IMG/VR virus record: IMGVR_UViG_3300020411_000002 | Length of the DNA: 64,000 nt | From: a virus | Taxonomy: Duplodnaviria > Caudoviricetes | Strand: one strand, 5' to 3' | Shown here: positions 7,589 to 15,815 of the stretch, in pieces | Layout of the letters: the number at the start of each line of letters is the position of its first letter | Numbering within the stretch: position 1 is the first letter of the stretch | Program-made: the position numbers and the translations under genes | Notes under the pieces: model-generated | The model's database searches: none | The model's input: only the letters and a program-made list of their open reading frames with translations | What the model was told of the DNA's origin: nothing

Positions 7589-9559
7589 TTAGCGTGGCAG
7601 ATTTTTCAGCAGGCCAGCCGCGCGATTTTTGAAATCACCTGAAGCTACGCTAGACTGTGAAGTCATTGCACTAGATTCAGATTGTGGTTTACTCGCTACA
7701 GTGCGTGGCTGCAAGCGATTTTCGAAAGTGCTTGAAGTAGAAGCAGTGCCGTCTTTACGTGCGTAAGAAGCAGAAGCTACCATACGAGAAATTTCGTTTT
7801 GGGTTTCCGCAGGCTTCTTAACAAGTTCAACAGCTTGTTCTACCAGCATACTATTAAGGGTATCAGCGTTAGCTTCAAACACGTTGTCAACTAATTGACG
7901 AGCGTTTTCAACACCAGATGCCTTAAGAGTGTTTGCTAAGCTATCAATGATTGGGTTTGATTTACCATTGAATACACCACGGTTAATACCCATCATAGCT
8001 GTAGCCAGAGCAGCAGTGAAACGATCAACTACAGTAGCGTCACGTTCTTCCTGTGCAGAAGCATAAGCTTCAACTTTAGCTTGGGCGTCTGCGGCAACTG
8101 AGCGTTCAACTACGGTTTGCATAGTATGTTCGTCAAATGCGATAGACTCAAAGCCAAATTCACGTAGACCTTCCGATACACCGTTAGAAGCGATAGACTT
8201 CATAACAGCAGAAGCGAAGCTTTGTGAGCGGAAGATTTCTTTAACCGTGCCTTCAACGTTAGACTCTGATGCAACAGCAATAGGCGTAGCGCTATGCATT
8301 GCAATCCAGCGGTTTTCGCCAGCAACAGTTGCAGCATTAACTAGAGCAATCTTGTCTGCTTCCAGACCGTTTTCGCTTGCGTATGCTACCGCTTCCATAA
8401 CGTCTAAAGAAACCGTTACTTCGGCAACAGATGAATCAGATTCAACATCTTCTTCTTCTTCATCTTCAAGACCGTCTACGTCATCCGAATCTTCTTCATC
8501 TTCGTCATCTTCGTAAATGTCTTCTTCGTCGTCGCCTTCGTCTTCTTCATCGTCTTCAAGGTCGTCGTCTTCAAGGTCGTCGTCTTCAACGTCATCGTCG
8601 TCAGAGCTTGATACGATAGTAAGGTCGTCTAGGTCGTCGTCTTCATCGTCAAAGAGGTCGTCGTCTTCTAGATCGGCTTCGATTTCGTCTAACTCAGAAT
8701 CTTCATCATCGAAGATATCATCGTCTTCCATCATTCCGGCGTCCATTTCAAGTACAGACTGTTCCAGTTCTTGAATATCTTCTGGGTCAACAACCGCAGA
8801 CGAGCAAGACGGACAAACTGTAATGTCTTCACTTGAAGCAATAATGTGCATACCGCATTCTTCCGAATCAACACACTGGAAGTAGTGAGCTTCGTTGCCG
8901 TATTTGCTAGACAATGATTTAAGTACTGAGCTATCAGATTCAATGTCTTGTGCAGTTACGTCTTCGCCGTAGAACGGGCTGAACTTCACGTTATCGCTAC
9001 TGTTAGAAATAAATGATACATTAGTACCATCAACGTAAGATAAAGCAGGTTCGTGACCTTGAGCAATCGCGATAAAGTCTTGCTGCGCTTCTTCCATAGA
9101 AGAGGCTACAACGACAATACCTTGGCTGCCGCTAAGCTCACTGTAGTCGCTTGATTCAGATTCGAACTCTTCTTCAACGTCTGCTTCAAAATCAACATGA
9201 GCGTTACAAGAAGGGCAGTTAGAAACTGATTCGCAAGAGTCCGCAATGATATGAGTAGAGCATTCACTACACATAGCGTATTCTACAACTACCTTATCGT
9301 CGGGGTCAGCACTGGAAGTTACTTCGAGATCAGTATCCACTACATTCATGGTTTCACCACCGTCGCGAAGTGGATTCAAGAAAGTATTTCCTGAGCCTGC
9401 GACAGTAGCTAGTGCGAAAGAGTTATCACTAGAAGCGAGTACTTCTAAGCTTTCTCCAAGCGCAACCTTGGCGTAGTTACGGATAGCTTCATCCCGAGAA
9501 CTAGCAGTAACAACAATACCAGCGAAAGAAGGTTGCTGGGTTTTCTGTTTTACTGTCAT
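7589..9559 (-). CDS. Prohead scaffold/core-like protein with two Cys-rich zinc-ribbon repeats and a D/E tract
   Basis: C..C...HII....CPSC occurs twice; ~110-aa D/E tract; helical C-terminus; first gene of the capsid operon. Confidence 0.65.
   Translation of the reverse strand: MTVKQKTQQPSFAGIVVTASSRDEAIRNYAKVALGESLEVLASSDNSFALATVAGSGNTFLNPLRDGGETMNVVDTDLEVTSSADPDDKVVVEYAMCSECSTHIIADSCESVSNCPSCNAHVDFEADVEEEFESESSDYSELSGSQGIVVVASSMEEAQQDFIAIAQGHEPALSYVDGTNVSFISNSSDNVKFSPFYGEDVTAQDIESDSSVLKSLSSKYGNEAHYFQCVDSEECGMHIIASSEDITVCPSCSSAVVDPEDIQELEQSVLEMDAGMMEDDDIFDDEDSELDEIEADLEDDDLFDDEDDDLDDLTIVSSSDDDDVEDDDLEDDDLEDDEEDEGDDEEDIYEDDEDEEDSDDVDGLEDEEEEDVESDSSVAEVTVSLDVMEAVAYASENGLEADKIALVNAATVAGENRWIAMHSATPIAVASESNVEGTVKEIFRSQSFASAVMKSIASNGVSEGLREFGFESIAFDEHTMQTVVERSVAADAQAKVEAYASAQEERDATVVDRFTAALATAMMGINRGVFNGKSNPIIDSLANTLKASGVENARQLVDNVFEANADTLNSMLVEQAVELVKKPAETQNEISRMVASASYARKDGTASTSSTFENRLQPRTVASKPQSESSAMTSQSSVASGDFKNRAAGLLKNLPR
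8551..8589 (+). repeat. 15-nt coding tandem repeat (CGTCTTCAAGGTCGT x ~2.6)
   Basis: Read directly; encodes EDDDL repeats in the acidic tract on the minus strand. Confidence 0.8.
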
Positions 9560-9640
9560 TTCAAATTCTCCTAGGAGTCGTTAATGATACAAAGATGCAA
9601 TCTTACGCATAAGAGCGAAATACAACTGCTCTTTGCATAG

Positions 9641-9650
9641 TATAAAATTA
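9641..9650 (-). promoter_or_regulatory. Candidate late-promoter motif TAATTTTATA upstream of the scaffold-capsid operon
   Basis: The identical 10-mer lies upstream of sheath 2 (44136-44145); the TAATTTTA core also occurs at 11614, 11647 and 17547. Confidence 0.4.
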
Positions 9651-9754
9651 AGTGAAAACAAGAATTATAGGTGAGGTTTTGAGGTGTTATTTTCAGATAT
9701 TTTTCAATGAATTTTGGAGATATTTTTAGAGGAAAATAGAGGAATTTTAGAAAT

Positions 9755-9783
9755 AAAAAAGCCCCGAATTAACGAGGCTTTTT
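9755..9783 (-). terminator. Intrinsic terminator (possibly bidirectional)
   Basis: AAAAAGCCTCG-TTAATT-CGGGGCTTTTTT on the minus strand, just after the stop at 9801. Confidence 0.8.
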
Positions 9784-9800
9784 CCGTACTAAGAACAAAA

Positions 9801-10433
9801 TTAATCGTGAAAGAAAATAGCAGCTTTAGAACCATTTCTATCGAATACGTTTATATGGATACGTCCCGCATTTGGTAAAACGCCTTCATACGTAGTACCC
9901 GCTACACCGTCCATACGTTTAGACTTTAGATTCGATCCTATCTTAGTTAAGAGTTTTGAAACTGCATTTTTAGTTACGTTAGTACTATAACCTTTATTGC
10001 CTTGAACATCATGTCTTTTTAAAGGAGATCCTTTAATCTTATGTTCTTTCAAAAAACTATTAGCTCTTTTGTCAGAGGACTCAGATGAAGAGCTACCTCC
10101 GCTACTGTTTTCTTCAATATCAGAAAGTGCATCTTGTACCGTAGATTTATCTTTGAATATAAGATTCATGAACTTTTTAAGAGAATCTTTATCTCCATAC
10201 GTGTTCATTCTTTCTTCGTTGAAATCTGGATCGCGACCTGCGAACTCTAACTTAACACCTGCTTGATTTGCCATATCTAACAAATCTTCGGCAGTAGTTC
10301 CGTAGTCATCTTCCATGTGTGTAAGTTTGCCGTTTTTGACCGTAGCGTCTATCAAAGTTTCGTACTTATGAGAAGCATTCTTTATGTCTGCTTTTGTCGC
10401 ATAAGCTCCGCTCGATTTTTTCGGCTTACTTAC
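9801..10433 (-). CDS. Hypothetical ORF; probable -1 frameshift extension of the upstream 385-aa protein
   Basis: The ORF track starts it at TTG 10355 with no SD. The frame stays open upstream past 10433 and overlaps the A_AAA_AAG site. Confidence 0.6.
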   Translation of the reverse strand, partial: VSKPKKSSGAYATKADIKNASHKYETLIDATVKNGKLTHMEDDYGTTAEDLLDMANQAGVKLEFAGRDPDFNEERMNTYGDKDSLKKFMNLIFKDKSTVQDALSDIEENSSGGSSSSESSDKRANSFLKEHKIKGSPLKRHDVQGNKGYSTNVTKNAVSKLLTKIGSNLKSKRMDGVAGTTYEGVLPNAGRIHINVFDRNGSKAAIFFHD

Positions 10434-11587
10434 TTTTTTGCAGCAGTTTCCTTCTTAGCTGGTGCAGCTTTAGTCGCTGGTGCAGGTACGTCTTCAGGCT
10501 TCTTGTACTTAAAGCCTAAGTCTTTGATTTTATCCATTAGAGCTTTTTGCTCTTTCAAGATTTTATCTTTAGCCGCAGGAGTCTTAGCATTCGCCAAACG
10601 CGCTGTACGAGTAGCTAACTGTTTGAATAACGGATTAGCTTTCTTCATTACTTCTGGATCTTTCAGAAGCTTTGCATTACCGCCGCGTGGTGCTTTAGCT
10701 GGGGCTTTAGCAGGAGTCTTCGCTGTAGGCTTCTTACCACCTTTCTCACGAGCAGTAGCGTCTTTGATTGCGTTTTCCATTTTCTCAACGTATTCAGGAC
10801 GCAACTTACGATTCATCGCTTTAGCTTTCATCTTGAAGAACTTGAATTCTTCTTTTAGATCTTCACTGCCACGTTTATGTGCGTTAGCGCCTGGGCGACG
10901 GAAGTTACTTGGAGTCTTTGGTACACCCGGAGAGTTAGGACCTAACTTCTTACCAGCAGGTGCTTTAGCTGGGGTCTTACCAGTTTGCTTTGGATCTTTG
11001 TTTGCATTCTTATCGCCGCCAGTGATTACACTAAAGATACGACGAGCAGACATACGCGGACCGAGATACTGACGAGTAAGACGACCACCATTTGCAGGCT
11101 GCTTAAATACATGCCAACCTGGGGCAATCATGTTTGGTGCGCGTTTCTTACGACCCATTTGAACACCAGCACCTTGACCGCCAGTACCTTTCTTAGGTTG
11201 TGCAGAAAGCATTTCAAGAGTACCCATATCGATAACGGTATCTTCCATTGCTTCTGCTTCGATAGAAAGATCCATTTCGTCTTCATGATAATCTTCTGTA
11301 CCGTAGAACGGAGTTGAAGAAATAGATTCCATATCACGCAATGCAAAAATCTTTTGCTTCATTGAAGGCATGTACTTAACTTCTTTTGCAACGCGAAGTA
11401 GTACAATAGTTTCTTTCTTGGTTTTAAGAACGTAACGCCCAGGCTGCTTGTGTACAATACGCGGAGCAGGACGAATTTGCTTTAAAGCATCTTGTAAAGT
11501 CTTTGGAACTTCAACAGCCTTTTTGGCAGGTTTTTTACCACCAGCACGAGGTGCGCTTAGAGATTCAAACGTAATATTAATAGACAT
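10430..11587 (-). CDS. Lys/Ala/Pro-rich (histone H1-like) basic protein with S-x-S-A leader
   Basis: Starts MSINITFESLSAP; contains KTPAKAPA repeats and ends PAPATKAAPAKKETAAKK. Confidence 0.75.
   Translation of the reverse strand: MSINITFESLSAPRAGGKKPAKKAVEVPKTLQDALKQIRPAPRIVHKQPGRYVLKTKKETIVLLRVAKEVKYMPSMKQKIFALRDMESISSTPFYGTEDYHEDEMDLSIEAEAMEDTVIDMGTLEMLSAQPKKGTGGQGAGVQMGRKKRAPNMIAPGWHVFKQPANGGRLTRQYLGPRMSARRIFSVITGGDKNANKDPKQTGKTPAKAPAGKKLGPNSPGVPKTPSNFRRPGANAHKRGSEDLKEEFKFFKMKAKAMNRKLRPEYVEKMENAIKDATAREKGGKKPTAKTPAKAPAKAPRGGNAKLLKDPEVMKKANPLFKQLATRTARLANAKTPAAKDKILKEQKALMDKIKDLGFKYKKPEDVPAPATKAAPAKKETAAKK
10433..10439 (-). promoter_or_regulatory. Candidate programmed -1 ribosomal frameshift heptamer A_AAA_AAG
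   Basis: Reads GCA AAA AAG TAA at the gene end, with AAGGA 9 nt upstream and an open -1 frame downstream. Confidence 0.65.
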
Positions 11588-11613
11588 AAGTGATTCCTTG
11601 TTGTTTCACTCTT

Positions 11614-11654
11614 TAAAATTAGAACTATCTGTTTTCTAAACTAGGTTAAAATTA
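11614..11654 (-). promoter_or_regulatory. Two TAATTTTA motifs upstream of the 385-aa gene
   Basis: TAAAATTA on the plus strand at 11614-11621 and 11647-11654. Confidence 0.3.
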
Positions 11655-12182
11655 ACCAAATCGCGTTCCAACAAATTTACCATTCCTATAAAGAGGTTTA
11701 GAAGCTTTTGGATCAAGCATACCAAGCTGAAATTCTTTGGTAGCATATTCACCACCACCAGGAGCGTGGTAATCTAAAAGGAATTTAAGAACGTTATCCT
11801 TTGAGCCGTGTACAGAAATCACCGAATCGCCACCAGGACCATAACCTGAATCCCAATTCTCAAAGCGGAAACTTACTTTGAATTTGTTAAATATGTCTAA
11901 CTGCTCTTCAAGTTCAATCAATGCGCTATCGTAAGCTTCTTGGTCATCAGCAGAATCAGGCAAAGTTATAGGTCTAGCTACTTTAAACTGTGAGCCCGTA
12001 AGATTTTCTATTGCAGATAACACATCGCCTATTGGCTGCACAACTAAGATAGTAGAATGGGCTTCACCTCCAGCAGTACCTGTATTACCAATTAGCTTTT
12101 GTGCTTGTGCAAGTTTACGTGCAACTCTCTTATAAGTGGAAGATCTTGCGCTAATGCTAGACAAGTTGATTGTTATATTCAT
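11652..12182 (-). CDS. Hypothetical protein with S-x-S-A leader
   Basis: Starts MNITINLSSISARSS. Confidence 0.7.
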   Translation of the reverse strand: MNITINLSSISARSSTYKRVARKLAQAQKLIGNTGTAGGEAHSTILVVQPIGDVLSAIENLTGSQFKVARPITLPDSADDQEAYDSALIELEEQLDIFNKFKVSFRFENWDSGYGPGGDSVISVHGSKDNVLKFLLDYHAPGGGEYATKEFQLGMLDPKASKPLYRNGKFVGTRFG

Positions 12183-12190
12183 AAAGTTTC

Positions 12191-12667
12191 CTATATAGTT
12201 TCGTACAGACGTTTGAGACCGTTCATCTTGCCGGGATAGCCTTTACGTTGCAACAAGTTAAAGAAGTCTACGGGTTTCATTTCATGTAACGGGTTGCTAT
12301 CTCTAGCTGTACCGCGCGGATGAATGTAGTCTTTAACGAAATCATCAAATTCGATTTCGTATTCTACACTGTCTTCAACAAACTCTAAGAACTGGGCCCA
12401 AAGTTTATCTTCGTCAGCAGTGTTTAGGTCTACAAGTTCGTATCTATCTACGTCACGCGCCGGTAGCTCTTTAGGATAAGCTAGTATGCCGTGTCTGTAG
12501 TTACGTGAATCACGAATACCAGCAAAGCGTTTATCTTTTGCAGCATTCTCTGCATCAATAAATTCTACTGGCTGTGGATTAGTAGGTTGAGCGCCGATTG
12601 AATATGGACGGAATTTCAATCCATAGTAAAACTTCTGCGGCGCGCTTAATGAGATAAAGATTTCCAT
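12191..12667 (-). CDS. DarA_C (defence-against-restriction A C-terminal)-like domain protein with leader
   Basis: YYGLKFRPYSIGAQP...RHGILAYPKELP..DVDRYELVDL matches the Y.L..RP...GA.P / R.GI..Y...L......Y.L pattern of the P1 DarA C-terminus as I recall it. Confidence 0.65.
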   Translation of the reverse strand: MEIFISLSAPQKFYYGLKFRPYSIGAQPTNPQPVEFIDAENAAKDKRFAGIRDSRNYRHGILAYPKELPARDVDRYELVDLNTADEDKLWAQFLEFVEDSVEYEIEFDDFVKDYIHPRGTARDSNPLHEMKPVDFFNLLQRKGYPGKMNGLKRLYETI

Positions 12668-14388
12668 TATACGTCTTTGCCTTCTTCTGCAAGCTTAACC
12701 ATCTTCTCAATAGTTACAGGCATACGGGTTTCCAGTTTGCTGTAGTAGTCTTTCAAGATAAGAGGGTCAATGTAGTTAGCAATAGCTGTAGCTACTGTAA
12801 GTTTACCATTAGCAAAGTGACCAAGGTCTTTAGCTACTTTAAGAAGTGCTTTCTTCAACCATTCGTTAACCTGCTTAGCATCAGGCTTACGCTGTCTTTC
12901 GTAAAGAGGGCACTTATCAATAATACTCTTTGCTAAACGCGTTCCACGTAAAGTACGGAATTTGTGAACTGTTACTTTTGGAGGCATACCTATTTCACGT
13001 AGATACTTGTTAACTACGTTTGCAGATATTGGACGACCGTTAAAAGTAATTAGTCTGTCTTTACGTACTTTAGGTTTGCGTTTTCCTTTTTCCAAAATGT
13101 TATCTTTGGCTAAAGTATCTAACATTTCAATCAAAAGGCGTTGATTGGGATTAGAAGTAACAAGTCTATGTCTTTGCTCTTGGCTCTTCTTGCCTGGATA
13201 CTTCAACTCACGATTGCTACCCTTCTTGTAGTAGTGTCCCACTTGAAGAGTAGTAATACCGTATGTAGGCTTACCATCAGTAGAGTTACTAGCACCACCG
13301 ATTCGTCCGTAAGTCTGGTATACTAACTCGCACACACCAGCAATAACACCAGTACGAGTAGTAATGCCTTCAGATTTGAAAGTGTCTAACCAACGCTTAC
13401 GAATACCATTTGCTTTCTTATCGAATACAGCAACAGCCGCAAACTTCTCTGCAACACCAGCAGCTTTGTGTTCAACAGTGTATATGTTTGACCAGCCTTG
13501 AGCCATAGGTGCTTTAGTCTGACAAACGTATCCATCGTCTTTCTTTGGATTGTAATTCGGATTCATCTGTACTTCACCGACAGGCGTACCATTTAGCATC
13601 TTGCCTTGTACAGTGTAGTACTTCATCTTATCGTCAATGTATCCAACGAAGCCTTCTGGAATTGGGTGTCTGCGAATACCAGCAGCTTTGATTTCGTCTA
13701 TAACAGTGCGTACACCAAGATAAGGTTTACCGCTTTGTCTAACGAGATTCATTACAAAGTTTTTGGGAATTGCATTAAGCTCACGCTTTAGACGATTGTA
13801 TTCTTTTAGCTTTGCAGTGTCTTTGTATTTCTTACGGGTGTCAGCATCAATGTCGATATCCAAACCACCCATAGAAGATGTAAGACGTTTAAGCTTTGTT
13901 TCTAATTCGTCTTGATCACCTAACTCAACCGAGAAGTGTCGAGCAATAGATGTATCGTTTAAATCAGACACAAGCACTGTAAGCTTGTCTAAGGCATTTT
14001 TTCTAGTAGTCTCGTCTTTACTGTTTACCACAGTATTGAACTTACGAATGACTTCTAGTTGCGCCCTTGAAACCGCATGTTCATTTGCGATAGATTCTTT
14101 CATTGCTTGGCGAATAGAGTATGAAAGATTAGTAGCGAGTTGCAACATATTCTCGCTGTCCCATATTAGGTACCCATCTTTCAAATATTCAACTAGCTCT
14201 TCAAATGATTCTTCATCTATATCAAAGGCGTGAACGAATTTGATTGCATTACTATACCAATCATCTAGATTAGCATAAACGTCGAGGGGCATTTTAAACC
14301 CCTCTTGTTCTGAGAACGCTACCATTGCTAAGATTTTTACAAAGCTATTAGCAACAGCAGGATTTACTCTGGAAAGTGATATTAACAT
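12667..14388 (-). CDS. DNA topoisomerase IB-like protein with long N-terminal extension
   Basis: Catalytic-pentad motifs in order: GRIG (R), TYGITTL, Y.GKK (K), HKFRT (R), LGH (H), YIDP (Y). Confidence 0.85.
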   Translation of the reverse strand: MLISLSRVNPAVANSFVKILAMVAFSEQEGFKMPLDVYANLDDWYSNAIKFVHAFDIDEESFEELVEYLKDGYLIWDSENMLQLATNLSYSIRQAMKESIANEHAVSRAQLEVIRKFNTVVNSKDETTRKNALDKLTVLVSDLNDTSIARHFSVELGDQDELETKLKRLTSSMGGLDIDIDADTRKKYKDTAKLKEYNRLKRELNAIPKNFVMNLVRQSGKPYLGVRTVIDEIKAAGIRRHPIPEGFVGYIDDKMKYYTVQGKMLNGTPVGEVQMNPNYNPKKDDGYVCQTKAPMAQGWSNIYTVEHKAAGVAEKFAAVAVFDKKANGIRKRWLDTFKSEGITTRTGVIAGVCELVYQTYGRIGGASNSTDGKPTYGITTLQVGHYYKKGSNRELKYPGKKSQEQRHRLVTSNPNQRLLIEMLDTLAKDNILEKGKRKPKVRKDRLITFNGRPISANVVNKYLREIGMPPKVTVHKFRTLRGTRLAKSIIDKCPLYERQRKPDAKQVNEWLKKALLKVAKDLGHFANGKLTVATAIANYIDPLILKDYYSKLETRMPVTIEKMVKLAEEGKDV

Positions 14389-14396
14389 AGTTAACC

Positions 14397-14834
14397 TTAT
14401 ACGCCGATGTTAGCAGCGTCTATCCAACTTATAGCTTGCTCTTTGGATTCGAAAATTCTAAAATCAATATCAGAATTATCAAAGATTCGAGTCAACTGCG
14501 CTCTTGGAAGAGCTTTTAATGAAGGGCGAAACACAACTGCGACTTTACAAACGTTTCCGGTCAATGTACTAATCCAGTGGTGGAATCGCAAGAACTCTTG
14601 AAACTTACTTTCTGCCTCTGGAGTTGAAACTGTCTGGTCACTTACGTCTATCAAGTACTTCCAATATAATGAACGGTCACAGGAAAGGATGCGATTGATT
14701 GCTTCTATAACACCAGACGCATTATCAATAGAAAAAGGACCGATAAGAATAACATTAATTGTCAGATCGTCTTGTACCACAGCGTAGGTGCCTTTAGGAC
14801 AGCTTATTGCTTTCTTGTCCATCTGATCTGCCAT
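14397..14834 (-). CDS. STAS/SEC14 (SpoIIAA-like) domain protein
   Basis: G.F, YLIDVS, KVAVV and C-terminal RIFESKEQAISWI pattern. Confidence 0.6.
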   Translation of the reverse strand: MADQMDKKAISCPKGTYAVVQDDLTINVILIGPFSIDNASGVIEAINRILSCDRSLYWKYLIDVSDQTVSTPEAESKFQEFLRFHHWISTLTGNVCKVAVVFRPSLKALPRAQLTRIFDNSDIDFRIFESKEQAISWIDAANIGV

Positions 14835-14849
14835 AAGCGCCTCATATAA

Positions 14850-15803
14850 TTAAACTGAGTCATAACTTCCTGTATAGTTTCCGTCTTTTAGATAACGATT
14901 AACAAAATATTTCTCAGCTATCTCCCATCCGATAGGAGTACTAAATCCACGAGCGCTTCTACCATGTACCATCGCTTCACAGAGAATAGCAAAGGCTTCG
15001 TCCCACCACGGATATGAATAACCCGGATGATTGAATTGGTCTTTGTGTAACTTCTTAGCCGCAATCTGACGTTTGAACATAATAAGGTCACTGTTTCTAA
15101 CTACGTTCTTTAACGCATAGTGAGCTAGTTCGTGAGTAAGTACTTGGGCAAGAAGTTCGACTGTAATTGAACCAAACAAACGTTGAAGCTGAGGTGGATC
15201 AATTACTATATAGATATCTTTGTTAGCTTTAGTTCGGTCTGTTTGAGTAACAATACTTGTACCAAAGTTAGGACCGACAGCTATCTTAATAGGAAACTTG
15301 AAAGGGATGCGCGTTCCCAAATAACCTAACGACTTCTCAACCATATCGTACATGGAATCAGAAGGTGGCATTACTGAACTACGTAAAGACGGAAACATTT
15401 TAGGTTTATCCAGTCTAACGAAGTTCACAGGTTGAGACCCTGGAATTTTTCCATGAGCTTTGTCTGGGTCTTCTCTTTTTATCTTAACGACAGCAGGCTT
15501 TAAATCAGGTACAGAATCCAATTCAGAGAAAGAATCTTTGAACGTAGACTTACCGGGCTTAACACTTCTACCGTCAATCTTACCCATATAAGGCTTGCTG
15601 TTTTCAACCATCATTTCAGCATCTTTCTCAGAGATAGGAACGAATGTATTCATATCTTGAGTTATTACTAGGCTGCCTTTATTTGGTGCAATGCAATACA
15701 CTGCACGAGTTGGAATCGTAACTTTAGAATTAGGTCCGTCAAATTCCATCGGCGAACCTAAATGTCTAAACCACGAACCGACAGATAGTACGTCAATCTT
15801 CAT
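14850..15803 (-). CDS. Zincin-type metallopeptidase (HExxH) fused to a shared N-terminal domain
   Basis: VLTHELAHY plus downstream DEAFA (candidate third ligand Glu). Confidence 0.65.
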   Translation of the reverse strand: MKIDVLSVGSWFRHLGSPMEFDGPNSKVTIPTRAVYCIAPNKGSLVITQDMNTFVPISEKDAEMMVENSKPYMGKIDGRSVKPGKSTFKDSFSELDSVPDLKPAVVKIKREDPDKAHGKIPGSQPVNFVRLDKPKMFPSLRSSVMPPSDSMYDMVEKSLGYLGTRIPFKFPIKIAVGPNFGTSIVTQTDRTKANKDIYIVIDPPQLQRLFGSITVELLAQVLTHELAHYALKNVVRNSDLIMFKRQIAAKKLHKDQFNHPGYSYPWWDEAFAILCEAMVHGRSARGFSTPIGWEIAEKYFVNRYLKDGNYTGSYDSV

Positions 15804-15815
15804 GGTATTTCCTAA

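Noticed and set aside
8500-8730. Repetitive GAC/GAA/GAT tracts (also 25850-26350) as a CRISPR or repeat array
   Set aside because: These are in-frame D/E codon runs inside genes, with no constant repeat and unique spacer structure.
10382-10402. ATG with GGAG just upstream (MRQKQT*) as the start of the 9801 ORF
   Set aside because: It is in the wrong frame, stops after 6 codons, and the SD spacing is only 3 nt. It remains a minor alternative if there is an assembly error nearby.
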